Shown here: positions 9,240 through 17,437 of the stretch, one piece after another
Layout of the letters: each line of letters starts with the position of its first letter
How positions within the stretch are numbered: position 1 is the stretch's first letter
IMG/VR virus record: IMGVR_UViG_3300025127_000012
Length of the DNA: 64,000 nucleotides
Strand: one strand, 5' to 3'
Origin: a virus
Notes under the pieces: model-generated
Databases searched by the model: none
The model's input: the letters and a program-made list of their open reading frames with translations, nothing else
Told to the model about the DNA's origin: nothing
Made by a program: the position numbers and the translations under genes

Positions 9240-9941
9240 CTATCCGAAAAAAGCAGCAAGTCCCTCCAATACCACTTCATTAACAACTTTGGTGTTGGGA
9301 TTTTCTACCTTCAATGTATGAGTTAATTTCGGCATAGTCTCAAAGAAGTTCTGGATCTTAGTAAACTGTGCATTATTCATATCACCTATAAAGTCCTTTG
9401 CTTCTTTCGATGTGAAAGAATCATAGATCTCGTCTCCATCATATACTTTGTCAATACACTCTGCTGCAAGAGCAAATACATCTTCAACATCTGGATTATC
9501 CACCATATTACGGTCAACAAATGCATCCAATGCTGGATATTTCATCTGTAATTTGATGTCGTCACTCAATGGTATGATAGTCTTATGACCTTTTGGTATA
9601 TTTACTTGGACTTCATTTAAGTCAAGTTTAACGTCTACCTCTGTTTTACCATCATCTTCACATACTATCTTGAACTCACTCTCTTCTCCAACTGCTTTGG
9701 ATCTAATCTGTAAGAACAAGAATTCTAGTTCAAATGTTGGTAGACTATCTACACTCTTCAAATCAGTACAAGATTTTAATATATTCTTGACTGCCTTGAT
9801 CATCTCTTTCTCTTTCTGCGTCTCCATTGCGAGATACAGTAATTTCTCTTCTTTTACGAGAAATGGTCGAAAGTTGACCTTTTTCCCTGTGACTGGTAAT
9901 TTACAGTCATACTCAGGCACTACAAGTTTTGGTAATGGCAT
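9240..9941 (-). CDS. gp26: Baseplate hub protein gp26
   Basis: MPLPK..VP.Y...LP..GK.V.FRPFLVKEEK, LQIRSKAVGE, FFETMPKL. Confidence 0.9.
   Translation of the reverse strand: MPLPKLVVPEYDCKLPVTGKKVNFRPFLVKEEKLLYLAMETQKEKEMIKAVKNILKSCTDLKSVDSLPTFELEFLFLQIRSKAVGEESEFKIVCEDDGKTEVDVKLDLNEVQVNIPKGHKTIIPLSDDIKLQMKYPALDAFVDRNMVDNPDVEDVFALAAECIDKVYDGDEIYDSFTSKEAKDFIGDMNNAQFTKIQNFFETMPKLTHTLKVENPNTKVVNEVVLEGLAAFFG
9246..9267 (-). promoter_or_regulatory. Putative -1 ribosomal frameshift signal (internal SD GGAGG, 10 nt, T TTT TTC)
   Basis: GGAGG-GACTTGCTGC-T TTT TTC GGA TAG; the -1 frame reads R-I-A-L-M-H-D-S into gp51. Confidence 0.7.
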
Positions 9942-9963
9942 GATGAATTTATAATATCATTTG

Positions 9964-9971
9964 TATTTATA
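9964..9971 (-). promoter_or_regulatory. T4-type late promoter
   Basis: Perfect TATAAATA 22 nt upstream of gp26 ATG. Confidence 0.85.
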
Positions 9972-9975
9972 GCAC

Positions 9976-10674
9976 TTACGCTGTGAATGATCCACCGATA
10001 GGTGGGAAGTCTCCTATGAGAGTATCAAGGAACTGCGGTATGCTAGTGTCAGTATATAGGTCTTTTGGTGTGAATTTTACAGGTTTTGCCCTTAATGTCT
10101 GTGGCATGGTCTGATCCATCCTATATCTCTCGAAATAAAACGCAACATCTAACTGTACTAGGTTTGTTTGTTCGTTATTGAGTTGTATTTGACCCACATT
10201 GTGTGGAAATGCACCGTATAACTTATATGCAGCAGTCTGTTGATGTCCTTCTGGTCCGTTTTCGTACTTCAAGATCTCCATGTCTATAACATAGTCATCA
10301 TAGAATGCTACTGTATTATCTCCATCTGATGCTGTGTGATTCATCCATTGTTCAAAGAAATATCTGTGTCTCTGGTCTTTTGAAACTAAAAACTGTATGC
10401 TAATCTCTGATACAGTCTGTCCTGTTGCAAATCTTCTTATCTGTCCTATATTATTCAACTCACCAGTTGTTACTGCTCTACTAGGTAGAGTAACACTACT
10501 AGCATAGTAGTCAACAGTTCTTTCCGCTTCTATCAACTTTACTGGATCGTAAATACCTTCACGCAAGATATTAGGTGCACCCAAATTAACCTGATACAGG
10601 TTACTGGTCATGGGCATAGCACCCGCTGACCTACCTATCATGTCTTTAAATTCTTTAAAACTATTTGGTTTCAC
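9976..10674 (-). CDS. Tail-tube family protein (gp54/gp19-like tube initiator)
   Basis: SVTLPSR...I.F.....R.FFEQWM...FYDDY..D.EI...Y.L.GAFP..VG.I.L. Confidence 0.65.
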   Translation of the reverse strand: MKPNSFKEFKDMIGRSAGAMPMTSNLYQVNLGAPNILREGIYDPVKLIEAERTVDYYASSVTLPSRAVTTGELNNIGQIRRFATGQTVSEISIQFLVSKDQRHRYFFEQWMNHTASDGDNTVAFYDDYVIDMEILKYENGPEGHQQTAAYKLYGAFPHNVGQIQLNNEQTNLVQLDVAFYFERYRMDQTMPQTLRAKPVKFTPKDLYTDTSIPQFLDTLIGDFPPIGGSFTA

Positions 10675-11138
10675 TACAACCTACTCCAAATGAAACTACT
10701 GGGTATCTCTATTCGTACACCACCAAGTTCTCTAACAAACTGTTCAGAGGGTAGTGGAACGAAATCTCGAAGATCAACAGGAGGGACTAATCGTATATTA
10801 GATGCCCTACCTATAAAGTATTTATGATGACAACGCATAGGATATGATATAGAACCACTACCCCATGTTTTTGCAATGCTTTGACGTGCTGCTGGACGTA
10901 GATAATGTAAGTTACCACCAGAAAATTGTCCGTTTATAGGATCAATGTCAACAACAAGAGTCATTGGAAATGTATCAAAGAACGGTAACGACTCAGTAGC
11001 AGCACTATAACTGTAATATATGCAATCACCTACCTTGACCTCACCTGGGTCTAATTTACCAAATAACTCTCCTCTATACCAGTCCTTTGACTTTGCTTTA
11101 CCTTTTGTTGCTTCTTTGATGTCCTCGAATACACTCAT
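10674..11138 (-). CDS. gp2: DNA end protector protein gp2
   Basis: LPFFDTFP..LV...F.G.NLHYL.P..R; adjacent to gp4. Confidence 0.75.
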   Translation of the reverse strand: MSVFEDIKEATKGKAKSKDWYRGELFGKLDPGEVKVGDCIYYSYSAATESLPFFDTFPMTLVVDIDPINGQFSGGNLHYLRPAARQSIAKTWGSGSISYPMRCHHKYFIGRASNIRLVPPVDLRDFVPLPSEQFVRELGGVRIEIPSSFIWSRL

Positions 11139-11569
11139 ACTTGTAACTCGTGTTCTGTAAGTATCTTAAAAGTCATACGTCTGTCTTTACAGTATTCCAC
11201 TGCTGCTTTCCACTTCGCTTCATTTATAGCATATGTCTTGATTTCAGTTATATACTTCTTTGTACGTCTGCGTTGTTGCTTGGGAGGTGTCGTCTGCTTA
11301 TTAGGTTTGACCTCAATAATAAACTTCTGCGTCCCCCCAGTTTTAGTCCTTGCTCTGACGTAAAAGTCTGGGAAATAACGATGCACCCTCCCATCAAGAG
11401 GACTGATATAAGGTATGATAATCTCCTCTGATCCCCATTCCAAGATGTTTTCATTTTTGTCGCACCATACCATGAACTTTCTTTCCCATAAACTCCTATA
11501 AATAATAGCGGTAGGATCTCCCTTGTATTTATTTTTGTTAGTAGGTCTATAACGTCCAGAATATGCCAT
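11135..11569 (-). CDS. gp4: Head completion nuclease gp4 (TnsA-like)
   Basis: MAYSGRYRP.N..KYKGDP..IIYRSLWERKFM.WCD...WGSEE...HRYFPDF..IEVKP; start set at ATG 11569. Confidence 0.93.
   Translation of the reverse strand: MAYSGRYRPTNKNKYKGDPTAIIYRSLWERKFMVWCDKNENILEWGSEEIIIPYISPLDGRVHRYFPDFYVRARTKTGGTQKFIIEVKPNKQTTPPKQQRRRTKKYITEIKTYAINEAKWKAAVEYCKDRRMTFKILTEHELQV
11497..11504 (+). promoter_or_regulatory. T4-type late promoter for gp48-gp53, inside gp4
   Basis: Perfect TATAAATA on the plus strand 63 nt before gp48 ATG. Confidence 0.75.
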
Positions 11570-12725
11570 GTCAGCAAAACAACGATTAATGTATCCCATG
11601 ACCAGTCCGAGAGGACCGAGTAAAGGGGATGAAAGTATAAATCCAGAATCACAATTTAGTACTAAGGCATTAGATTACCTTAAATTTACTGTTTATGATC
11701 CAGAGTCAGGTGCGAACCCATATAACTATGTATCAGGACCATTGGGCGGAGGACCAGGTGCAAAGCAAATAGGGAACGATACTACTCAAAAGAATAGCAT
11801 ATATAAGACAATTTATCTGTATTTACCACATCAGTTAAAAGAATCATATACTACAAACTACGAAAAAGCAGCGTTAGGTGCATTTGGTGCTGCTGGTATT
11901 GATGCAGTTCAAGGTGATGCTACTAATGAGGAATTAACAAAGAGGTTAGCAGATGCAGCAGATAGTGGTAAATCAGAGGTAGCATTTAGTGCGATGTCGG
12001 GTATATTTAATAATGCATCCCAGTCACTAGGACTAGAAGGTAATATATCAAAGAATCAGATTGCTGCACTTGCAAAGGGAAAAGTATTTAACCCTTATGA
12101 AGAGACTGTGTTTAAGGGAGTTAACTATCGCTCTCATGCTTTTGACTTTGATATGTCACCTCGTAACCCAAAGGAAGCGATGGAGATACAAGGAATAATA
12201 GATTGTTTCCGTGAGAGTATGTTACCAGATACTAACGGTATCAATGCTCGTTGGTTGACTATCCCTAGATTCTTTGGTTGTGAGATAGTAAGATATACAC
12301 CTAGGGGTTTTGGTGGAGAAGTTGCAGGAGAGGGTCTTAACAAACCCGCTTCACTCGCATCATTACTAAGATTCCCTACAAATTTAGTGCTAACAAGTAT
12401 GAATGTTGACTTGACACCATCAGGTCAGAATACATCACTTAGACAGGGATTCAATGAACTAGAAAATGGAACATTGGAAGACTATGGTCCTGCATCATAT
12501 AAGTTATCACTATCATTCGACGAGACTGCATTTGTTACTCGTAACATGATTACAGGTGTAGATAGAGATCCAACTGCTAACCTTGGTACTAAATCTGGTC
12601 AGTTTAATTTAGGTACAGAAGGTAAGGGTATGCCATCTAATCCGAAAGGGAGGTTACAAGTGGATAGATCAACTACTCCAACATATGCTAAGAGAACGAG
12701 AGGATCAGGAGCAGGAGGACGCTAA
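11568..12725 (+). CDS. gp48: Baseplate tail-tube cap gp48
   Basis: IYLYLP..L...Y...Y; FNPYEETVFKGVNYRSH.F.F.M.PRN..EA..I..II..FR. Confidence 0.88.
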   Translation: MSAKQRLMYPMTSPRGPSKGDESINPESQFSTKALDYLKFTVYDPESGANPYNYVSGPLGGGPGAKQIGNDTTQKNSIYKTIYLYLPHQLKESYTTNYEKAALGAFGAAGIDAVQGDATNEELTKRLADAADSGKSEVAFSAMSGIFNNASQSLGLEGNISKNQIAALAKGKVFNPYEETVFKGVNYRSHAFDFDMSPRNPKEAMEIQGIIDCFRESMLPDTNGINARWLTIPRFFGCEIVRYTPRGFGGEVAGEGLNKPASLASLLRFPTNLVLTSMNVDLTPSGQNTSLRQGFNELENGTLEDYGPASYKLSLSFDETAFVTRNMITGVDRDPTANLGTKSGQFNLGTEGKGMPSNPKGRLQVDRSTTPTYAKRTRGSGAGGR

Positions 12726-13687
12726 TGAGTTATTTTAGTTATCTACCAAGAGTCGCAGTCAGAACTTCTACATTTAGACAAAATAATGTAGAACCATCTG
12801 TTATTGCAAGAAACATATTCAGAAAATGTACTCTTATCGAAGAAATGCAGGAGAGTGTTCTTGGATTTCAACAGTATTCTATCGCTAATAACGAAAGACC
12901 AGACCTTATTGCAAATAACGTATATGGAAACTCCTTATATGATTGGATCGTGTTAATATGCAACAACATAATTAACGTATATGACGATTGGCCCTTGTCT
13001 GAACAGGAACTCCAAGATTATGTAAAAGACAAATATAGGTTCTCAACTGGTGTACATCATTATGAGACAAATGAAATAAAAGACTTAGATACAGGAAGAG
13101 TGCTTGTGAAGGCAGGAATCACAGTAAATGAGAATTGGTCATATATTAGGTCAGATGGCACAACTGTTCCAAACACCACATATCCAGTTTCTAACTATGA
13201 GCACGAGAAGAGCATAAATGACTCGAAATCAAATATTTGGTTATTACGTCCAGAATACGTTGAGGACTTCGTTGATGAATTTGAGAATTTGATGAAATAT
13301 GCTCCAAATGAAGAATTAGACCCCGAATCCGATATTAAGGTAACTCCTAATATCATCAAAGAGGTCTTTATAACAAGAAAAGACGAATATACAACAGAAT
13401 ACGGTTTAGCACCATCTATTGAATTCGCCTCTGCTATTGAATTAGTAAATAAGACAGTTACCACTACTACGACTGAAAGTGGTGCTACTCAAACTACAAC
13501 TATTACATCTACTGACGTAAATTCATCAGGTGTAGTCGCAGGAACCACAGATGCTTCATCTACTGCATCACAGACATCTACCGACACATCATCGTCATCT
13601 AGTTCTAGTTCTAGTAGTTCCAGTTCTGGATCTAGTTCCTCTGGTGGATCTAGTTCTTCTGGTGGTGGCGGTTACGGTGGTTACTAA
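12725..13687 (+). CDS. gp53: Baseplate wedge gp53 with Ser/Gly-rich tail
   Basis: YFSYLP; ERPD.IA..VYG...YDWIVL..NNIIN.Y.DWPL; HHYET; C-terminal poly-S and GGGGYGGY. Confidence 0.9.
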   Translation: MSYFSYLPRVAVRTSTFRQNNVEPSVIARNIFRKCTLIEEMQESVLGFQQYSIANNERPDLIANNVYGNSLYDWIVLICNNIINVYDDWPLSEQELQDYVKDKYRFSTGVHHYETNEIKDLDTGRVLVKAGITVNENWSYIRSDGTTVPNTTYPVSNYEHEKSINDSKSNIWLLRPEYVEDFVDEFENLMKYAPNEELDPESDIKVTPNIIKEVFITRKDEYTTEYGLAPSIEFASAIELVNKTVTTTTTESGATQTTTITSTDVNSSGVVAGTTDASSTASQTSTDTSSSSSSSSSSSSSGSSSSGGSSSSGGGGYGGY

Positions 13688-13958
13688 TATAACGTGGTAG
13701 ATAAAATATACAAAACGACGCAAACCAGAATATAAGTACAAAACTCAAATGTGCGAGTCTATTGGGATTTATTATCAATCCTAGTGTGACGAGTCCTATC
13801 CATGTGTAGTCCAAAGTGCCATGGAGACGATACCACACGTTTTCTCCTAATTTCTTAATTACCTTCTTTCTCAAATTATCAAAGAAAGGAGATATATGTC
13901 TCATCATGACAAAACCCTCATTTAAGACCATGAGGGTGAATCCTATCCAAAATACCAT
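13650..13958 (-). CDS. Hypothetical membrane protein
   Basis: Three hydrophobic segments; start abuts upstream stop. Confidence 0.7.
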   Translation of the reverse strand: MVFWIGFTLMVLNEGFVMMRHISPFFDNLRKKVIKKLGENVWYRLHGTLDYTWIGLVTLGLIINPNRLAHLSFVLIFWFASFCIFYLPRYISNHRNRHHQKN

Positions 13959-14233
13959 TAGTAACGATCTGGTATATTTGCCTTATATGCTTCTGGGGTG
14001 TGATCCTTGAATTTGTCGTGATTACCATCCCCAGGCATTTTGCCATATGCAACGTATTGTATTGCTTGCATGGAACCTTCCAATCTCTTTAAATCGCTCT
14101 CATTTTTAACATACTCTTCATACCAACCTTTTAGTTCATCTTGTCTGGCATTGAGTTGCATTGTACGCTTAGTAAAGCGTTGAATTAGTTGTTCGTAGTT
14201 TTCAGTAGGTTTAGTCACGTTGTCTCCAATCAT
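13958..14233 (-). CDS. Hypothetical coiled-coil protein
   Basis: ORF track; tight operon packing. Confidence 0.7.
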   Translation of the reverse strand: MIGDNVTKPTENYEQLIQRFTKRTMQLNARQDELKGWYEEYVKNESDLKRLEGSMQAIQYVAYGKMPGDGNHDKFKDHTPEAYKANIPDRY

Positions 14234-14528
14234 CAGGTTTCTTGCGGTTGAACCATTCGCCTATATCGTCAGCACTGTTGAACCCTTCTCTATAATCAGA
14301 TGGGTCGGGTTCTCCTAATCCCATCTTATTCAGAAAATCGTCGGTCCCTCCCTCCTTCATGTTGGGATTTGCTGCTCGCTGTCGTGCTTGACGCAACCAT
14401 GTGGCAGCAGTAGTATTTGACTTTGCTAGTTTTTGTGCCCATATCATTTCTGTGAGATTCACCTCTTTTCCTTCGGCAATCAGTTTGCAGACTTTATCGA
14501 GTCTGAGTCGATATTGGGTTGATAGCAT
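14211..14528 (-). CDS. Conserved cyanophage hypothetical protein
   Basis: MLSTQYRLRL...DDFLNKMGLG.PDP...DDWRQRD, a familiar cyanomyovirus ORF. Confidence 0.8.
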   Translation of the reverse strand: MLSTQYRLRLDKVCKLIAEGKEVNLTEMIWAQKLAKSNTTAATWLRQARQRAANPNMKEGGTDDFLNKMGLGEPDPSDYREGFNSADDIGEWFNRKKPDDWRQRD

Positions 14529-14717
14529 TTACAGGTCCTTTTCTAGTTTTTCGATTCTAGTAAATTCTTCGCGTGCGTGCGAGGAGCGTTCTGAGAGCAC
14601 TTGATGGATATCAGCAATAATTACCTCATTACTAATATAGTCATCTAGGTACTTATCAATCGCTTCTTTCAGATAACGATATCTGTGCCATTCGAGCGAG
14701 TAAGGTCGATAGTTCAT
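14529..14717 (-). CDS. Conserved cyanophage hypothetical protein
   Basis: YRPYS.EWHR.RYLKEAIDKYLDD; abuts next gene. Confidence 0.75.
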   Translation of the reverse strand: MNYRPYSLEWHRYRYLKEAIDKYLDDYISNEVIIADIHQVLSERSSHAREEFTRIEKLEKDL

Positions 14718-14730
14718 GTTATAAAATTAT

Positions 14731-14797
14731 GAAAAACCCTGGGGGCGAAAAATTACCGCGAATTTTTTTCCCCCCTTTTCTTGTTTCAAAAGTGAAA
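14731..14797. other. Intergenic G-tract/A-tract inverted repeat
   Basis: Minus strand GAAAA-GGGGGG-AAAAAAATT-CGCGGT-AATTTTT-CG-CCCCC...TTTTC forms a long hairpin. Confidence 0.6.
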
Positions 14798-14808
14798 TAA
14801 TATATGGG

Positions 14809-15117
14809 TTAGTGATGATGATGTGGGGAGTGGTAGTGGTAACCATCATGTAGGTGACAGTTGATCCACTTACTCCTCTTCTCCCACTTCTGTGTCCTAG
14901 GAACGTAACGTCGTCCGTTATAGTACCCAGGAACCCAGTAGTAGTAATCGTAATCCACTCGGTAGCAACCGTCTTCCTTGTAAGGAGAACCTCCATACCC
15001 TGAGTGATGGTGGTGATTGCTGTATTCAACAAACGGTTCCCAAAACTCTGCCCAAGTTAGTGCGTTGGCAGGGGTTGCAAATGACAGTGCTGCAAGTGCA
15101 ATTACGATGCGTTTCAT
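14809..15117 (-). CDS. Secreted His-rich hypothetical protein
   Basis: Signal peptide MKRIVIALAALSFATPANA; two HHHH tracts; two Cys. Confidence 0.75.
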   Translation of the reverse strand: MKRIVIALAALSFATPANALTWAEFWEPFVEYSNHHHHSGYGGSPYKEDGCYRVDYDYYYWVPGYYNGRRYVPRTQKWEKRSKWINCHLHDGYHYHSPHHHH

Positions 15118-16034
15118 TATTCTTCTGCTAGTTTAGCAAAGTAGGATAGATCAGGATCTTCCTCTTCTTTTAATGATGATACAGCATTACCGAACCCTGG
15201 TGTTGGAGGAGTAGACACTTCTTCAACTGGTTGTGCAATCTGATCTTCATAATCTAAACCATCGTCGTCTTCATTAATAGCAGACGCACGACTTGTTTTA
15301 CCAAGAACGAGATTCAATCTTGATTCTAGTTCTTCGTATGACTTGAAGTTCTTAGAATCAGTAAAGTCTTTTAAACTATACTCCTGATTATATATCTCTT
15401 CAAGTTTGGTGTCTTCAAAGTTACCGAGTGTACCCGCAGAAGCAAACTCAGAACGATCATAGTTCCAGTATCCATCTTGCTTGACTATCTTTAACTTGAA
15501 GTCAGCACCCTTCCAGAAACAGAAAGGATTGATAGGATCTTCATCTTCAAACTGAGGTTTCATTGCCTCAGCAATCTTATCATGTATCTTCTTACCATAC
15601 TTATAAAGGAAGACTCTTCCTTCATTCTCTGGATGTAGAGGATCTTTTACAACGTAGATGTTTGAGTAGTAGGAGAGTTTCCTCTTTTGTTTCCTTGCTA
15701 CATCTTTATCTGAGTCTAAACCAGAATTCCAGAGCACGCGGTTAAGGTCACCGACTGGATCTTGTTGACCAACAGTAGTCAACGAGTTCTCGATGTACCA
15801 ACCACCAGGACCCTGGAATGCATGAGAAAAGACTTGTGCCCAAGGTAGATCTTCCTTTGCAGGAGCAGGAAGGAATCTGATTACTGCGTAACCGTTGCCT
15901 GCTTTGTCCACCTCTGGTTTCCATAGACGCTCGTCGGGACCTTTGCCCCCACCCTTAGTAGTCATCTTGTCTAGTTCTTTTGTTAGTGAACTGATAGATG
16001 AACTGCTAGACTTTTTAAGCGATGAAAATGACAT
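15117..16034 (-). CDS. gp32: Single-stranded DNA-binding protein gp32
   Basis: DERLWK..VDKAGNGYAVIRFLPA, HAFQGPGGWYIENSLTT, acidic tail LSYFAKLAEE. Confidence 0.97.
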   Translation of the reverse strand: MSFSSLKKSSSSSISSLTKELDKMTTKGGGKGPDERLWKPEVDKAGNGYAVIRFLPAPAKEDLPWAQVFSHAFQGPGGWYIENSLTTVGQQDPVGDLNRVLWNSGLDSDKDVARKQKRKLSYYSNIYVVKDPLHPENEGRVFLYKYGKKIHDKIAEAMKPQFEDEDPINPFCFWKGADFKLKIVKQDGYWNYDRSEFASAGTLGNFEDTKLEEIYNQEYSLKDFTDSKNFKSYEELESRLNLVLGKTSRASAINEDDDGLDYEDQIAQPVEEVSTPPTPGFGNAVSSLKEEEDPDLSYFAKLAEE

Positions 16035-16080
16035 CTGTATTCTCCGTATTGTTTTGTATTTGGTATGTTCGCCACCATAA

Positions 16081-16109
16081 ATGATAGCATACTATTTATG
16101 CGATGACAA
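16081..16109 (-). promoter_or_regulatory. Sigma70-like promoter of gp32 with nested late-like box
   Basis: TTGTCA-17nt-TATCAT; CATAAATA in the spacer. Confidence 0.65.
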
Positions 16110-16113
16110 CCCC

Positions 16114-16515
16114 CTATATCTGGAAGTCGTGACCACTCTTTCCATCCTGCAAGTCCTTCTTCCAACCCATTAGTTTGTCCTCCATGACTTGCAATATACT
16201 CAGCAGATTACCTCCGCCAGAGTACATTGATGACATCTGATCTATTCTTTCTTTCATTTCACTTATCTCTGACTTCTCTGTATCATCTTCGCTATTTACT
16301 TGAACATATCCTGCCATCAGTTGCAGTCTTGAATAGAATACCTTCTGTTTTGCAATCAAATCTAGTGTCTTATTGATATGATTTAGTCGTGCTTCTTTAT
16401 CAAAGGACTGGAACCCCTGAGACATCTGTAAGAGTTCAGTATAACACTCTTGTAGATCATCTAGTTCTTCTTTTACTACTTCTGATTTAAAGAAGTCTTC
16501 ATCTTCAATTTTCAT
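16114..16515 (-). CDS. DUF1825-like hypothetical protein
   Basis: FF.SEVV.EEL...Y.EL....F....L.H....LI.KQKVFY.RL.L. Confidence 0.7.
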   Translation of the reverse strand: MKIEDEDFFKSEVVKEELDDLQECYTELLQMSQGFQSFDKEARLNHINKTLDLIAKQKVFYSRLQLMAGYVQVNSEDDTEKSEISEMKERIDQMSSMYSGGGNLLSILQVMEDKLMGWKKDLQDGKSGHDFQI

Positions 16516-16757
16516 AAGGGTAATACACCTCTACTGGTTCGTTTGATACAGTTAAGTTGCTGTGCGTTTGCTTTGATCTTATCTTTGAGTGGTTTAGAAA
16601 TGAGTTTACTAACTCTTTCAATTTCTATCTCATACTCTTCACATACTGATGCAACTGCTTCAATATAATTTATAAGACCATTATTATTCTGAACTGTGGT
16701 CTCGACGAGAGCACTGAACTTATTCTGTGTCATAAAATTCTCTTCGAGATCCTTCAC
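16512..16757 (-). CDS. gp33: Late transcription co-activator gp33
   Basis: NYIEAV..VCE...IE.E.V.KLISKPLKDKIK..A..LN.IK..SR..LPL. Confidence 0.92.
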   Translation of the reverse strand: MKDLEENFMTQNKFSALVETTVQNNNGLINYIEAVASVCEEYEIEIERVSKLISKPLKDKIKANAQQLNCIKRTSRGVLPL

Positions 16758-17437
16758 GATTTGATGCCCTCTAAGTAGTAACGGAACTCTTTAATCCACT
16801 CACATAATACATCGATGTACTGTGTCTTGTCATACTTTTCTACTACCTGTGTCTGTCCGTCTTCTGCCACAGATATAGTAACAAGTTTCTTTACTTCACA
16901 ACCAGTTCTTTCCCAATACATGTAAGCATATGCTGCTTCTTGTACAAAGTATTTGTGCAACCACTCTTCACGTTTTAGTTCCTTGGTTGTTTTGAAGTCT
17001 ATTATTGCCAACTCCCCACAATATTCAGCAATGCAATCAACCCTACCAGCAATCCGTAAATCATCACTGTAAAGAGGTGCTTCAATAGCGTGAACATTAT
17101 CAATGTTATCAAGAACCTCACGACTAAACCTAAAAAGGTACGCGGGAAGACCCTCGCTTTTGTCCACTGTTTTAGTGTCACCTTTAAGGTACGCTTCCAC
17201 GATGCCATGATACTTAGTTCCTCTTAATGCTGATGTACGACGGACTTTCTCCGCTTCTTCAAATCCTACACGTTCTTCCCATGCTTTTAGAGTCGCACTA
17301 GATATGTGACTCACAATGGTGGTGACGGAGGGATACCAATTATCTTCGGGAGTCTTATAGAAACGTCTCCCTTTCACCTGTGTTGCTGATAAAGGTTTGA
17401 GTTCCTTAACAGCACCTACATGATTAAATGTTTTCAT
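16754..17437 (-). CDS. PD-(D/E)xK (Cas4/RecB-like) exonuclease
   Basis: YPSVTT, RGT.YH, AGRVDCIAEY.G.LAIIDFKT, YFVQ..AY. Confidence 0.9.
   Translation of the reverse strand: MKTFNHVGAVKELKPLSATQVKGRRFYKTPEDNWYPSVTTIVSHISSATLKAWEERVGFEEAEKVRRTSALRGTKYHGIVEAYLKGDTKTVDKSEGLPAYLFRFSREVLDNIDNVHAIEAPLYSDDLRIAGRVDCIAEYCGELAIIDFKTTKELKREEWLHKYFVQEAAYAYMYWERTGCEVKKLVTISVAEDGQTQVVEKYDKTQYIDVLCEWIKEFRYYLEGIKS

Noticed and set aside
14727-15032. 101-aa alternative-frame ORF overlapping the His-rich gene and the hairpin
   Set aside because: Thr/Ile-rich frame shadow with no SD; the other frame has a clear signal peptide and a coupled start.
16754-17437. Cas4-like nuclease as sign of a CRISPR system
   Set aside because: No repeat-spacer array or other cas genes; this is the standard stand-alone phage exonuclease next to phoH.
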